A stretch of 64,000 nt of DNA from Amphiscolops sp. MND2022 (Eukaryota). Position numbers and translations under genes: made by a program. Positions 10,871-23,108 of the stretch are shown here, piece by piece; positions within the stretch are counted from its first letter, which is position 1, and each line of letters opens with the position of its first letter. The notes under the pieces are model-generated. The model worked only from the letters and a program-made list of their open reading frames with translations. It was not told the origin of the DNA and made no database searches. The stretch is taken from the NCBI GenBank assembly GCA_964187785.1, contig OZ076409.1, positions 2,978,001 through 3,042,000 of the forward strand, given 5' to 3'.

Positions 10871-11618
10871 TAACTCCTGTAGTTAGTCTGTAACCCCTTG
10901 AGTAAATTGGTCCAAATATATCAATTTGATCCGAAGTTATAATATTTGGTTCAGATCTGTCTTTGGTCCGAATTTGGCGCGTGGTCCAAGTTGTCGCATC
11001 ACCAACTCTTTTGTTAAACGAGGTCAATCATGAAAAAAATCAGATACCGAATAATGATAATTGTGATGATATTCTTACTTTTTTGATAGAAAATGGTTCA
11101 TGGTTACGGAGCAGCCAACAAATTCATCATCCTGAGCGTTGATTGTTATGCTAGTTTGCCATGAATGGAAATCATTATGTCTATGAAATGCCCAGATTAT
11201 GGTCATTGTATGACTTACGCTGGTTCCATAAATCACCATAAATGACCATTTATCATCTTCGATGGATGTTTTTCTTTGTTTAGAGATCTAAACTCAAAGC
11301 ATCCATTTTTTCAATCCAGCAGAAGTGATCAAAAAAGTTCTGCAAGAGCTCTACAAAAAAAATCTGAATAAGGTCAAAACGATTCAAGAGGTCCTCCCTT
11401 TGATTTGCGCCTTTTATAATTTACAAAGCTATTTGTCGATGTTTTTCGCACTGTGCGACTGCTTCATCCAAACAAAGTCTTTTCACAAAAGGGTTTTTGC
11501 TTTGGGACTTGCAATGTTCTATCAAGAAAAAAGTTTTCAAGGCGCCAAGTTTCTTTCCTTCATTTTTTTTGTCCCAGAGCAATTTCCTCTAAAGATAATC
11601 ACTTATACGATTTTTGTT

Positions 11619-11872
11619 AAACCAGACGCCCACTAAGCACAGGGAAAGTTTCCGCGAAAATTGTAACGCATCAGCAAGGCTTCGAACCCACGACCTCGTG
11701 TCTGCAAGGCAGACGCACTACCAATTGCGCTGCCAAGTAACTAAAATAGTCAAGTAACTAAAATAGTCGAATGAAGTCTACATTCACCCCATCGTGGAGA
11801 TTTGGCAGAATTTGGAAAAAACGCCACACAGATTATTATTTTCCTCTGCCATTATATACGGGCGGAAAATAA
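11619..11872 (-). mobile_element. Second, more decayed copy of HINE-like family 2
   Basis: Aligns with 10634-10870. Confidence 0.62.
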
Positions 11873-13139
11873 AAAGAATAACCAAAGTAATAAATTTCTA
11901 CTAATCTCCTCGACAACATATATCTCATCTAAACTGACAACTAAGGCGCGAAAGATAGAAAGGAAGAAAGAAAGAAAGAAAAAAGATAGAGGCAAAGTGA
12001 TGGAAAATGTGAAAAAAGTAGTCTTTATGCTAGGAACGTTTTGTATCGAATCTCTGAACATCATTCCTGCTTATCACTCGAGATCATCAAGCAAAAAAGC
12101 AAGACCTACAAAGACCTTATAAAAAGTAAAAGGGTTGTTCATGAATATGTGAAAACTTGGCAAGCGTTTCCAGTTTTTATTAGTTTTGATGTTTTTGTCA
12201 CGATCATTGACATGGTCAAATCGGAACAGAAATTTTGGTTAATTTACGAAGAATCGGAAATGATGTTTGATGTGGATTCTTCTATCATTTTTTGCACCAC
12301 GTACTGAGATCCCATCGCAGTTCATCGATGGCCATCGCAGTCCCATGGGGTCCATCGATGGGCATCGATGAGGTTTTTTTAACGATGATCCCATCAATGG
12401 GAATCGAAATTATTGATCACAAAAACTCGTTCGACTTGGCCATGTTCAAAATTTCAACAAAACTCTCGCCATTTAAGTTTTTCAGTCTATTTAAGCATTG
12501 TTTGGGATTTCGAGGTTGCCCAAATTTTTTATTCGGAAATGAAGTTATACATAGTTATCCATATTATTTATCTTTGTGAAAAACCGGATTCTGTTGATTT
12601 TTCAAGGAAAAAACGCCAAATTTTTTGATACAAAAACGTATTTTGAAAGTCTAATTTCTGCATATTTCAGATATTTTTTCTTCTTACAATCAGATGGTTT
12701 TCATAGCAATTGAAGCTCGATTCCGTCGCATTTTCATGCGAAAAATTGCAATTTTGCCAGGTTTTTCAATTTTTTTCAAACAATTCAAGGGCAAGGCTCC
12801 GAAATAAGTGACTTTCAGGCTTGAGAAAGCTTACTCAGGCTCAAAAGGAAATGAGAGTAGGTTAAAAGTAGATATATTTAACCCTAAAATGCTCCACAAG
12901 TGCCCCCATGCGCTGGGCGATAATTCAAATCCCATTGATTGTGAGTATTGAATGGAGTTCAGTACGGGCAGTAGTTAGCATTTTTTTAAAAAGTTGACAG
13001 AAAGAAATTTTGATTTTCATGATTCTGTTGTAACTTAGTACTTAACAACTGTACCCAATTCACATTTGTTGATCTATGATGGTTTATGAAGTTACTTTCA
13101 TCGAAAATACTTTCAAGTAAGGTTTTCTAAATCCCTTAC

Positions 13140-13294
13140 CTGAACTTGGAAAGAATTTGCGATTCGTTTTTCCAGGTTCTGGGTGACGAAAATCTCGCCC
13201 GGAGAGCCTTGGATACCGAAATAAGGAGTGCTTTTTGAGAAACTGTAGATAATTCCTGCAGCTGTGAGATCAGCGTCGGTCGCTTCGATTTGGG
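13140..13294 (-). CDS. Cadherin exon N (QIEATDADLTAAGIIYSF...NSFQVQ)
   Basis: ttatag acceptor, gtaagg donor, 155 bp, phase 1 to 0. Confidence 0.88.
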
Positions 13295-13372
13295 CTATAA
13301 TGATGGGTTATCATCAAAAACTACGTATAATTCTTTCAACATCAAATGTATTATGATGAGTATTCGGATTCG

Positions 13373-13794
13373 TTTTTAGTCGGCGCTTTTCCATTAAGGG
13401 AAAAATGCCCGACTATAGCAGTGACTGTTTTTTTTCTTCAGACTACAATCCTCACACTGATCGGTCCACTTTTTAGAAACAATCCTGAAACCACCTAAGG
13501 CCAAGTCCGGCCAAGGGAGACTCAGTCCAAAGGGTCCCCCCTTTCATTTTTTCACTTTTTCAAGGAAACCTACAAAACCGCACGTGCCTAAAGGGTCCCC
13601 CCTTTGGATTTTTTTGATATTTTGCAACGGCATATATGTTAAAATCCAGAAGGGTCCCTTTTACATTTTTCGGCACTATGCGACTTTTTTTGAAAGAAGA
13701 ATTTTTTTTCAAAAATTACAATTTTTTCCAAAAAAATGTTTTGCGCTTTTTAAGCCTTAGATATGGGGCCGACTTTAGACGTTCTCGTCTTGTT
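13373..13794 (+). mobile_element. HINE family 1 copy
   Basis: TTTTTAGTCGGCGC...GCCGACTT...CTTGTT; close relative of 9901-10394. Confidence 0.72.
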
Positions 13795-14278
13795 TTTATA
13801 ATTCCGCGTATCTTACGCAACATGTCATTCATGATATTCCATGCAAGGAACCTTATGGTTCCCCTATGATAATTTCATGTCGTTTGCAGCCATGGAATCG
13901 TATGATTCCATGCAATGAAACGCGTGAAACGCAAGGATCTTATGGATCCATGAATGGAATTGCAAAGACTAGGAATCGAATGGAAGCGTCATCAATTCGA
14001 ATCCGGATCGAACCAACACCTTTGATGATAACTTGAAAAAAATTATGATTTCGATCAAAATTGGCAATATTGGCAATATCCAAAATGAAAGTGTCAAATT
14101 TAGCTCACATAGACATTTGTAAATGCAGCAAAATCCAAAGGCAAAGGGCAATCATTTTCAGCCCCTTTTCCACAATTTTTGACTGAATTTGGCCCAGTAT
14201 TCAACCAATTTCATCAATCATTTCTTAACAGAATGTTTATCGATTGATGTAGTTTTTGATGATGATGAAGATGCTAGC

Positions 14279-14422
14279 CTACAACGTGTCCCACTGGAGT
14301 GGTCTCTGAGACCATGAGGTTGGAGGGAGAAGAGGGAAGAAAGGTTGGAAAATTGTCGTTCACATCTGAGATGGTAATTTGCACAGTACACAATGCCAAG
14401 TGTACTCCGTCGTTCACTCGCA
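14279..14422 (-). CDS. Cadherin exon M (RVNDGVHLALCTVQITISDVNDNFPTF...VGHVV)
   Basis: aacag acceptor, gctagc (GC) donor required for frame, 144 bp, phase 1/1. Confidence 0.88.
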
Positions 14423-14984
14423 CTGTTACCATTCGTTATGACCATTCTCATTAGTTCACCCTCTATTCACAAGATACCAGGAAAACAATTATAATTAATT
14501 TTCGGATCTCTTTCACTATGTAACTTTTTTGCTGTAGGGGGACATAGTGAAAGAGATCCTAATTTTCTGGTATTAGCCACTATTTTCCATCAAGAATTTT
14601 CTATGTTCTAACTTTATATTCTGGAATAGAGAATTATTTATGGAGAAAAATCTAGTTTTGAAACGGTGCCCAGAAATAAAAACTACGAAAAATACTCAAT
14701 TCAATTTATGTTTTTTTATTTTAGTTGGAACATTTAAAAAAAACTTTAGGACAGAAAAAAGTGTGTGGAAACTCGCTCTGTTACCGTTCATTATCACCAT
14801 TCTGATTATTTCTCGCTCATTGTCTCATTATGAGATTATAATTGAAGTGATTATAATCTCTCATAATTATAATTTATTTTCTGGTATGAGCTACATTTCC
14901 CTATTAACAGTTTTGCTGTTTTTCAATTTTATACTCTAGAATTGAGTATGGAGTCCATCGACTGAAATTATTTACGGAAAATTC

Positions 14985-15198
14985 TGTTCTATTCTAGGGA
15001 TATAGGTTAAGAGAAAAGGAAATTGTTAAAAGAGATAGATCTATGCTTGTATCACTGTATTGTAACCAAAACAAAAGTATTAATGTATGTCTGGTATGAG
15101 AGTCTATTTAGAGTTTGTTGGTAAACAACTCCTAGCTTCTAGACTGCTGGTATCCGAATTTACAGTAGAGGTCAAGCCGGTATGAACCGAATATAACA
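14985..15198 (-). repeat. 3' LTR of the Mag-like element
   Basis: Direct repeat of 20629-20842; preceded on the minus strand by PPT GAGAGAGGGGGAAA (15199-15212). Confidence 0.95.
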
Positions 15199-15360
15199 TT
15201 TCCCCCTCTCTCTTCTCAGTTCTGGCTGATGGTCCTGGGGGTGTATTCTCTTCGGGAAAGAAATCGGATGGCTTCTGGACCTTCTCGGATAGAGGTGTTC
15301 CTTTGTGCCTGTTCCACAAGTTTCCTGTAATATACATATGATTTATTACACCCGGTTGTT

Positions 15361-18300
15361 CTAACCCCAAAAATTTCCGGTATAAGGTATGCTACCGTAT
15401 CTATTCGGTTTTTTACTATTTCGGTTTGATCGTCTTATTTGGTTTTGGTTTTCTAAGTTCTCACCCGTCGTTTCTCCATCGGTGTAGATTTGTAGAGCGT
15501 CTTCTTCCGGACTAGTTCGGATTGGTATGTAGCTTCCGTTGCATTCAGAAGTGTCATATACTTTTATTGGCGTTCCGGTTTCTTCCGGCATCTCTTCGTC
15601 GTCGTCATCTTCGTCTTCGGTCTCACTTTCCGGTTGTTTCGGATTTTGTACGATTTTTAATTTGCCGTTCAGGATGTCCCGTAGGATCTCGTCCCATCGG
15701 CCATACTTCCCGTTCAAACACCTCAAGCAGTGTCTGTTTTTGGGGTTTATCTCTCCGCTTGTGTTGATTGCCGGTTCTTTTCTGGCCTTTCTTTCGGTCT
15801 GAAACAATGGTCCCGAAATAAATTTCCGGTTTATTATTTTTTCCGGTATCTGTTTTTATGGTACTTTCGGTTCCGCTAACTGCGGTTTGTATTTTATTTT
15901 GGAATCTCCCTTCCAATGATTTTTTGTTGTAATTTTTTTCAACAAAATTGAATGGATATCTAACCGAACTTTTCTTCTTTGGAGATTTTTGGTTTTCGGT
16001 AAATTGTTTTTTCTCCGCTTTTGTCTTCGCCATTACCATATGATTGGTATTCTCTCCATCCGCATCGCGGCCCACATAGATTGGTATTTTGGGTCTGGTT
16101 GGTGCTGAAATAGGCATTTCTGACCAATTTGATAGGTATGTTTTTCCGTCTTTAACAATGTTTGTTAATTCGGTTCTCGGTTTTCTACCGTGGTGTAGTT
16201 CAAACGGTGTTATTTTCAGACCGGTATGTATTGTAAATCGCATAACCCGTAACTCTCTATTTACGCTTTCGGTGATGCCTATTCCGTCTTCCAAGTTTGC
16301 TATTATTCGATTTTTGAGCGTTTGTATTGCTCTTTCCACTGCTCCGTTTCCCGTATGCATTCGGGGTGTACAGTATTCAATTTCGATGTTTCGATTTTTG
16401 CAAAGTTCTCGGTATTCTTTCGATATAAATGCTCCGCCTTTGTCTGATTTTATTTTCTCCGGTATTCCGTATAGATTGAAGTTACTTGTTAAGAAGTTTA
16501 TCACTTCTTTTGTTTCCGCTGATTTACAAATTTTTACGGTCGGCCATTTGCTAAATCTATCAACCGCAATCAGTATCTGTGTTTCGCCGTGTAAATGTTT
16601 ATTATGTAATTTTCCGGTAAAATCAATTTGAATTTCTTGTCCCGGTTTGGATAGTTTTTCTAGTTTTCTGTAATGTTTTTTCGGTAATTGATATTTAAGG
16701 TTTTTACCTGATGCGAGGCATGCTGTACAGTCTTGTACTTTTTTTCGATGTCCTTCTTCATGTCCGGCCACCAGAATAGTTTTGCTTCGGACATCATCTT
16801 CGTTATTCCGGAGTGGCCGAAATGTAGTATCTCCAATAGGCGGCGTCTGAGGTCGATTGGGATTACTATTTGGTCGTCGACAAAGACCAGACCCCATCTA
16901 ATTGACAGCTTGTCAAAAACTGTCCGATATCCGTCGGGAATTGTTTCGCGGTCTTCTCTCCCCATGCTGTTTCTGACTCGGGTCAGTTCCGGATCTATGG
17001 CGGTCTTCGCTATCATCGTTTTTAGGTCCATCATGTCGAACTCGGCTTTATGTGGTCTTCAGTTACTTTTTTGTTTGCGGTGAGTTTGCCGACAATATGG
17101 TTGATTTGAATATATTTTGCTTCTTTCCCGTCTCTGTTATACTTGCTGAGGTCTACGATTGATAGGTTGTCGCCTCGCATTATTACACTGTCCTCTTCGG
17201 TTTCGGCAGTCTCTACTTCTCCTTCTTCCCGCAATTCGTCGATTTCTTCTTCTTCGAGGTTTATCGGATGATATCCACCTCCCAGTCGATTGGCTCGCCG
17301 TTATAGCTCTGCATCGATTTCGGCTATTTCTTCTCTGCTTCTCTTGTTCGGGCGGGTTGGGACAAATACTGTCCGTTGGGTGTGGTGGTCATATCTGCGT
17401 CGTAGGGTTCCGGGTCTTGATAGTGTGCTTCTTTGCTCCACTAGTCTACTTGTCTCGGTGCTGTTGTTTCGTCTCCGTATTATCTCCATAATCTCACGTG
17501 TAGCGCCCCAGTGATGGAAATTGTCTCGGCACATTTCGGTAAATTCCGTATGTAAGGTTAGTTCAATTTTGTTCTGAACAAATTTTAAATTTTTTTCCGG
17601 TAGGCAACTTGAGCTTTGCGTGCTAATATCGGACTGCCCGGATGTATTATTCTCGCTTTGTTGAATTTTGTTCACGCCGTAATCCTTCTCGAATGTTCTA
17701 TTCGAATGTGATTGGTTGTTGATTATCTCATTTTGTTCTTCGGATGTACCATTTTCAGTTTCAACTTTGGTTTTACTGCTTTCTGATTGGTTGGCGAATC
17801 GTTGTCCGTATTTCAAATTCATTTCGGCTTGTTCAGTCAATATGTTAATTACGTATTCCTCATCGTAATTTTCTTCCGGTATAGCTCCCCGTACTGGATT
17901 TCTGCTGAGATAATCGGTAAGTTTCAAATTACTGCCTGCGATATGTTGTATTGATATATCAAAGTGCGTTAGGCGGTCTAACCACCTTGTCAATCTCGCG
18001 CTGTATTGTTTATTACTTCGGTTTCTTTTTATGAGTGGTTCCAATGCTTGGTGGTGGGTGTATAGGTGAACTTTCTTCCCGTATAGTTAAAATCGGAATT
18101 TCTCTAATCCCCGCACTATCGCCAATAATTCCAATTCGCCGATTGAGTATTTCTTTTCGGTTTCATTCAAATATCTGCTTCCGTACGCTATCGGTTCTGT
18201 ATTTCCGACATCTTGTTTTTGCCAGAGTGTTATTCCCAGCCCGGTTGTGCTGGCGTCGGTTGTCACTATATTGTCTTTTTCTTTTGTGTAGTGTGCCAAG

Positions 18301-20576
18301 CATGGGCCTTCGGTAAGCATTTGTTTTATTCGGTGAAAATCCGTTTCTTGTTCCGGTCCCCATTTCCATTGTTCATTCTTTTTGAGTAATTTTCTCAATC
18401 TATCGGTCCGCTCCGACAGTTTTGGTAGATATTTTGCCATGTTTTGTCTTGCTCCGAGAAATGATTTTAGTTCTTTTGTTTTTTCCGGTGGTTTTAATTT
18501 CAATATTGCTTCCACTTTTTCTTCGTTCGGTTTAATTCCGTTTTCATCAATTTCGTGTCCCAGCCATTTTGTGCGGTTCATGAAGAATTCCGATTTCTTT
18601 TTATTTGCTCGGTAGCCGGCTTTTTCTAGTTTATTCAGTATTTCGAATAACTTTTTCTCGTGGTCTTGTTTATTTCCTCGGGTTACCATGATAATATCGT
18701 CTAGCCAAGCCGGTGTACAGTATCCGAGTGTACGGTCGATTTTCTCTTGAAATATTGTGGGTATACCGGCCAGGCCGTAGAAACATTTTTTAAACCGGTA
18801 GTATCCACTGAATTTTCTTCCGGTTAATGCGAATACGCATTGTCTGCTTGTTTCTTCGGATAATTTCATTTGGCCGTACGCATAATCCAAGTCGATCTTT
18901 GACATGAATAGTTGTAGTGTTCGGTCACGTGTTGCTTCTACCGAAATTTGGTTTAACAGTTCCTCCATATTCGGCATGTGCGGTCTCATTTTAATACAGC
19001 TGTCATTTAATTTGCGTGAGTCCAGAGCTATTTTCACCAATTTATCGTTCTTCACGGTTATTACCACCGGTGATACGAAGCAATCTTCTTCTACGTCTTT
19101 TACTTTTTCCAAATGTCCGGATTTTATTAGTTTTTCTAATTCCCGTCCTACATCTTTCTGTAGATGTAGTGGTATCGGTCTAGCTTTTTGTTTTACCGGG
19201 TAGTGTCCAGGTTTTAATTGGATATTTATTTCGGTATCTTTGATTGTGTCGTTGTTCTCAAATAGATCCGGAAATTTGTTAAATATTTTCTCGCGTTCTG
19301 ATTGGTTGTTCTCGGCTAATTGTATTCTTCTGATTGTCAGTTTGAATTTCTTCATCCAGTCCATACCGAGTAATGGTGTTATATCTGTTCTCTCGGTTAT
19401 TAGGATTTCCGTTTTTTGATTAATATTTTCATGTTCGATGTTTACCGGAAGTTTTCCCCGGATTTTTACTTCGTTTTTGTTCACATCTTGGTATCGGTTG
19501 GTTATTTTCTGAATTTGGGTTGACTTTATAATGCTTTCGTCGGGTGGCATAATTGAAATGGGTGATCCGGTGTCAATTATGAGTTCTTTCTTTACCCCGT
19601 TAACTCGTACTACCGCTGTAAAGTGTTTGTTCATTTCGTTTATCTTCTTGATTTCTTTTATGTGGTGTATGCTCTCGTCTGATTCGCTTGTTGATTCGTC
19701 CGGTTCGTTCATTTCTTCTTCGGTTAGTCTTTTCACTGTTCGGTTGTTATTGAATTTCAGTCTGCATGCTTTTGCGTAATGTCCCTTCTTTCCGCATTTG
19801 TTGCAGTTCGCTTCTAGTGCGGGACATTTGTGCATCGGTGTCCAGTTTGGAGCATTGCAAAATCTGCATGTACGGTTTCCGTAGTTTTTATTTTTCGGTC
19901 TGTTACCGAATCGTTCCATTCTTTGTATTGGTTCTTCCTTTATCATGTGTTTTTCTTTTGTTGATATCAAAGCTTCCTGTATTGTGTTCTTTTTATTCTT
20001 TTTCTCGTATGTATTTTGTTTTATCAGTTCGATTATTTTCTTCAGTTCCAGCGTTTTTTCTTTCATTATTTTGTCCCGTAGTTTTTCATCGGTGATTGCG
20101 GTCATGTATTTTGATATCAACAATTCTTCGGCTGATATTGCATTAAAGTTACACTCTTTTTCGATTTCAATTAGTCGTCTCCAGAATTCCTCCGGTGTCT
20201 CATCTTCAGTATGCTTTGCCCAAAAGAAGTCGCCTCGGTTGTGGTAAGTGTTTCTTTTGGGCATGTAGAATTCGGTGAATAACCGGATTAGGTCCTTCAC
20301 TTTTATACTGTCGGGTTCCGTTTTATATTCGGCCCTGGTTATTTGGTATAGTGCTTCCGGTCCCACTCCCCATATGAAATCTTCTTGTACGGCTTGTTCT
20401 TTTCCGTTCCAATTTGCGTCCGTAATATTTTCTCCTTTCAGTAATGGGGTAATATCGATTTTGTGTTCCCGTTTACAAAACTGCCGGAACCTTTAAAGCC
20501 ATTGTCTCGGTGTAATTACTGGGTTTCCGTCTGTGGCTTTTGTTTCTAGGTTTGGGACGGTATTTCTTTCAGCCAT
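15361..20576 (-). pseudogene. Disrupted gag-pol of the Mag-like element
   Basis: ATG at 20576 with a premature TAA near 20494. Two zinc knuckles (CNKCGKKGHYAKAC), protease IIDTGS, RT AWLDD, RNase H TTDAS, integrase IQIDF..IKSDKG..GAVER. Broken by stops and frameshifts into several ORFs. Confidence 0.92.
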
Positions 20577-20615
20577 TGTTTTCCGTTATGAAGGGTTTAC
20601 ACAGTTTAAAAATCG

Positions 20616-20628
20616 GCTGACTGCGCCA
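20616..20628 (-). promoter_or_regulatory. Primer binding site TGGCGCAGTCAGC (tRNA-Ser-like)
   Basis: Abuts the 5' LTR; complementary to a tRNA 3' end ...GCUGACUGCGCCA of the tRNA-Ser type. Confidence 0.75.
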
Positions 20629-20842
20629 TGTTCTATTCTAGGGATATAGGTTAAGAGAAAAGGAAATTGTTAAAAGAGATAGATCTATGCTTGTATCACT
20701 GTATTGTAACCAAAACAAAAGTATAAATGTATGTATGGTATGAGAGTCTATTTAGAGTTTGTTGGTAAACAACTCCTATTTTCTAGACTGCTGGTATCCG
20801 AATTTACGGTAGAGGTCAAGCCGGTATGAATCGAATATAACA
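20629..20842 (-). repeat. 5' LTR of the Mag-like element
   Basis: Direct repeat of 14985-15198; TG...CA. Confidence 0.95.
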
Positions 20843-21205
20843 AATTCTAGTTTTTAAAAAACGGCCCAGAGATAAAAACTATCAAAAATACTCACTTCAA
20901 TTCATTTTTTGGATTTGAGTTTTTACGACCATTTTCTGGGCCATTTTTTAGGGAACTTTAGAACAAAGAAAAAAACCTAATCCTAATTTGAATTGATTCA
21001 ATAAGCATCGTTTCATTCAAAAGTAATTTATATGACAATTTGAGATTCCTTTATTGCTGAGTTAATTTTGTGAATTTTCCGGCTACTTAATTTTTAAAAA
21101 TTGGGCTACTAAATTGTAAAAAAAAGAATTTAGGCGTTTAATTTCCAATTTTAGACTGAAGTATTATTTTTATAAATCTATATGGAGAATGAAAACGGTC
21201 ATGAC

Positions 21206-21356
21206 CGATTATGTCATAGAAGCTTTTCTCTTCAGCGTCCAGAGATGCGGCTACTAAAATGCGGCCTGTTTTCGGCTCTATGACAAACTGTGGGGTCACA
21301 GTGGCCACGAAAGTGTATGTGAGGTCAGCTGACTCATCCAGGTCAGCCGCTTCGAC
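21206..21356 (-). CDS. Cadherin exon L (VEAADLDESADLTY...LDAEEKSFYDII)
   Basis: caaag acceptor, gtcatg donor, 151 bp, ends phase 1; not in the ORF track. Confidence 0.88.
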
Positions 21357-21403
21357 CTTTGATCAGGAATCAGAAATTAAAAATTGACCGACAATCAAAA
21401 ATT

Positions 21404-21856
21404 AAAAAGCCGGGACCGGCCCAAGTCGGCGCCATGTCTAAGGCTCAAAAATAGCAAAAGGACTTCAAAGTGACAAGTATTTTCTTCTACAGTATCCGAA
21501 TAAGGGGAAACTTTTTTGAAGTCTCCGGTAAGTCGCATAGTGCCGAAAAATGTTAAAGGGGACCCTCTGGGATTTTTTGAACATCCATTCTGTTGCAAAA
21601 TAGAAAAAAATGAAGGGGGACACTTTGGAGACATTTAAAAAATTTTCAAAAAAGTCTCACAAAGCCGAAATAACTCTCACTTGGCAGACCTCAAAAAATC
21701 CTAATTAACCTCTATGCCAAGTGTCAGTAGAAGTAGCAGTTTAGTGTGGCAGTTAGTGGAAGCCAGCTTATAAAGTTTATAAAATCTGTCACTTCGTTGG
21801 TCTTGAAAAAGCCAGTGGTAAAGTCTGCGTTTTCGACGAAAAGCGCCGACTAAAAA
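21404..21856 (-). mobile_element. HINE family 1 copy
   Basis: Subterminal inverted repeat AGTCGGCGC/GCGCCGACT; close relative of 59715-60273. Confidence 0.72.
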
Positions 21857-22241
21857 TTGACCAGGAATCAAAAAATAAAAAAATGACCATGAATTTAAAA
21901 AATCAGGTGATATTTTTTGGGGGCTGTGAACGCCAAAGTAACTTCAATTTCATTTGATGCATGAGTTGAGGTATAATACTTGAAAATGTTTTAGGTGTTT
22001 TCAGATTGAGAATAAAAACCACAAAAAGTAATTCTATTTTGTATTTTGGGAGCTGACAGCATTGTGAATATGAAAAAAGACCCAATAAAAAAGATCGGTG
22101 ATTAATTTTTTGTTGTTTTTGTCCATAAGGCACGTCCTGGAAGATAATATATGTTCATTCTCGCCAAATTAAGACCTTTAATTGAATCATTAAATTTTCC
22201 TTCAATAAACGTTTTTCTTCAAAAAAATTTTTAATTCCTGC

Positions 22242-23108
22242 CTGCAAAACCAAAGCCGGGACTCTCAGATTTTCTGGGATCGATACTTCGTACAAATCCT
22301 GCAGAAACTCGGGTCCATTGTTGTTTTGGTCAATCAGGGTTATTTCGACACTCGTAAAGCCTGTCAAAGTCGGTTGCCCTTTGTCGAAAACTTCGATTGT
22401 CAGATTGAAAACCGGGTGTTTCAAAATATCAACCGAGTCTTGGGTTTTGATTGACAAAACGCCAGTTTCAGAATTGATTTCAAAAGCGGCATCTAAATTT
22501 CCTGCCAAAATTTTGAAGCCGATCTGATTGTTTGGACTGGTTGCATCGTTATCGAAACCACCGATACTCCCAATCACTGTTCGTATTGATTGCAACTCCG
22601 GTATCTCAAATCGGTATGTATCGATATCACTTTGTGGGTTGTTATCATTGACGTCAATCACCGATACCTCGATATCAGCGGTTGAGAAAGACGAGCCGTC
22701 AGAAACGATTGCTTGGAAAATAAATTCAGCGTTCGTCTCTCGATCTATCATCCGGGAGGTATAAATGTCACCCGAAGTTTCCTCGACACGAAAGGGCAGA
22801 TCATCCATCTCGGTTAGAAGCGAAAACTTGAGATTAACTGTATCCGCATCGGTGGCGGAAATTTTGCCAACAAATGTGTCCAAATTTACGTTTTCCTGGA
22901 TCCGGAACGAATATTTGGACTTGCCGAATTCAGGCGCTAAGTCGTTCACGTTCAATACGATGACTTCTAGAATTGTCTCGCTCGAGAGGTAAGGGGGCTC
23001 CATGTCGGAAGCAATGGCTACGAACTCCAGACGACCTCCTGAACTTTCGAAGTCAAGAATTCCCACAAGCGTGACCTCGGCGGTTGTAGGGTCAATTGCA
23101 ATCGGGAG
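22242..23108 (-). CDS. Cadherin exon K (LPIAIDPTTAEV...PENLRVPALVLQ)
   Basis: cttacag acceptor; about 2.5 cadherin repeats; donor inferred as CAG|gcagga (GC). Confidence 0.92.

Larger units (their letters stand above)
14985..20842 (-). mobile_element. Full-length but decayed Ty3/Gypsy (Mag-like) LTR retrotransposon, 5,858 bp
   Basis: 214-bp LTRs (6 differences by my count), 5-bp TSD AATTC (14980-14984, 20843-20847), PBS, PPT, gag-PR-RT-RH-IN order. Confidence 0.95.

Noticed and set aside
10560..11003. Inverted arrays of AATTCGGACC-like motifs around the family-2 HINE (possible old MITE)
   Set aside because: Termini and TSD cannot be defined.
14645..14760. Similarity to 20843-20960 suggesting a large target duplication around the Mag-like element
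   Set aside because: The true TSD is AATTC; this is an older, diverged local duplication.
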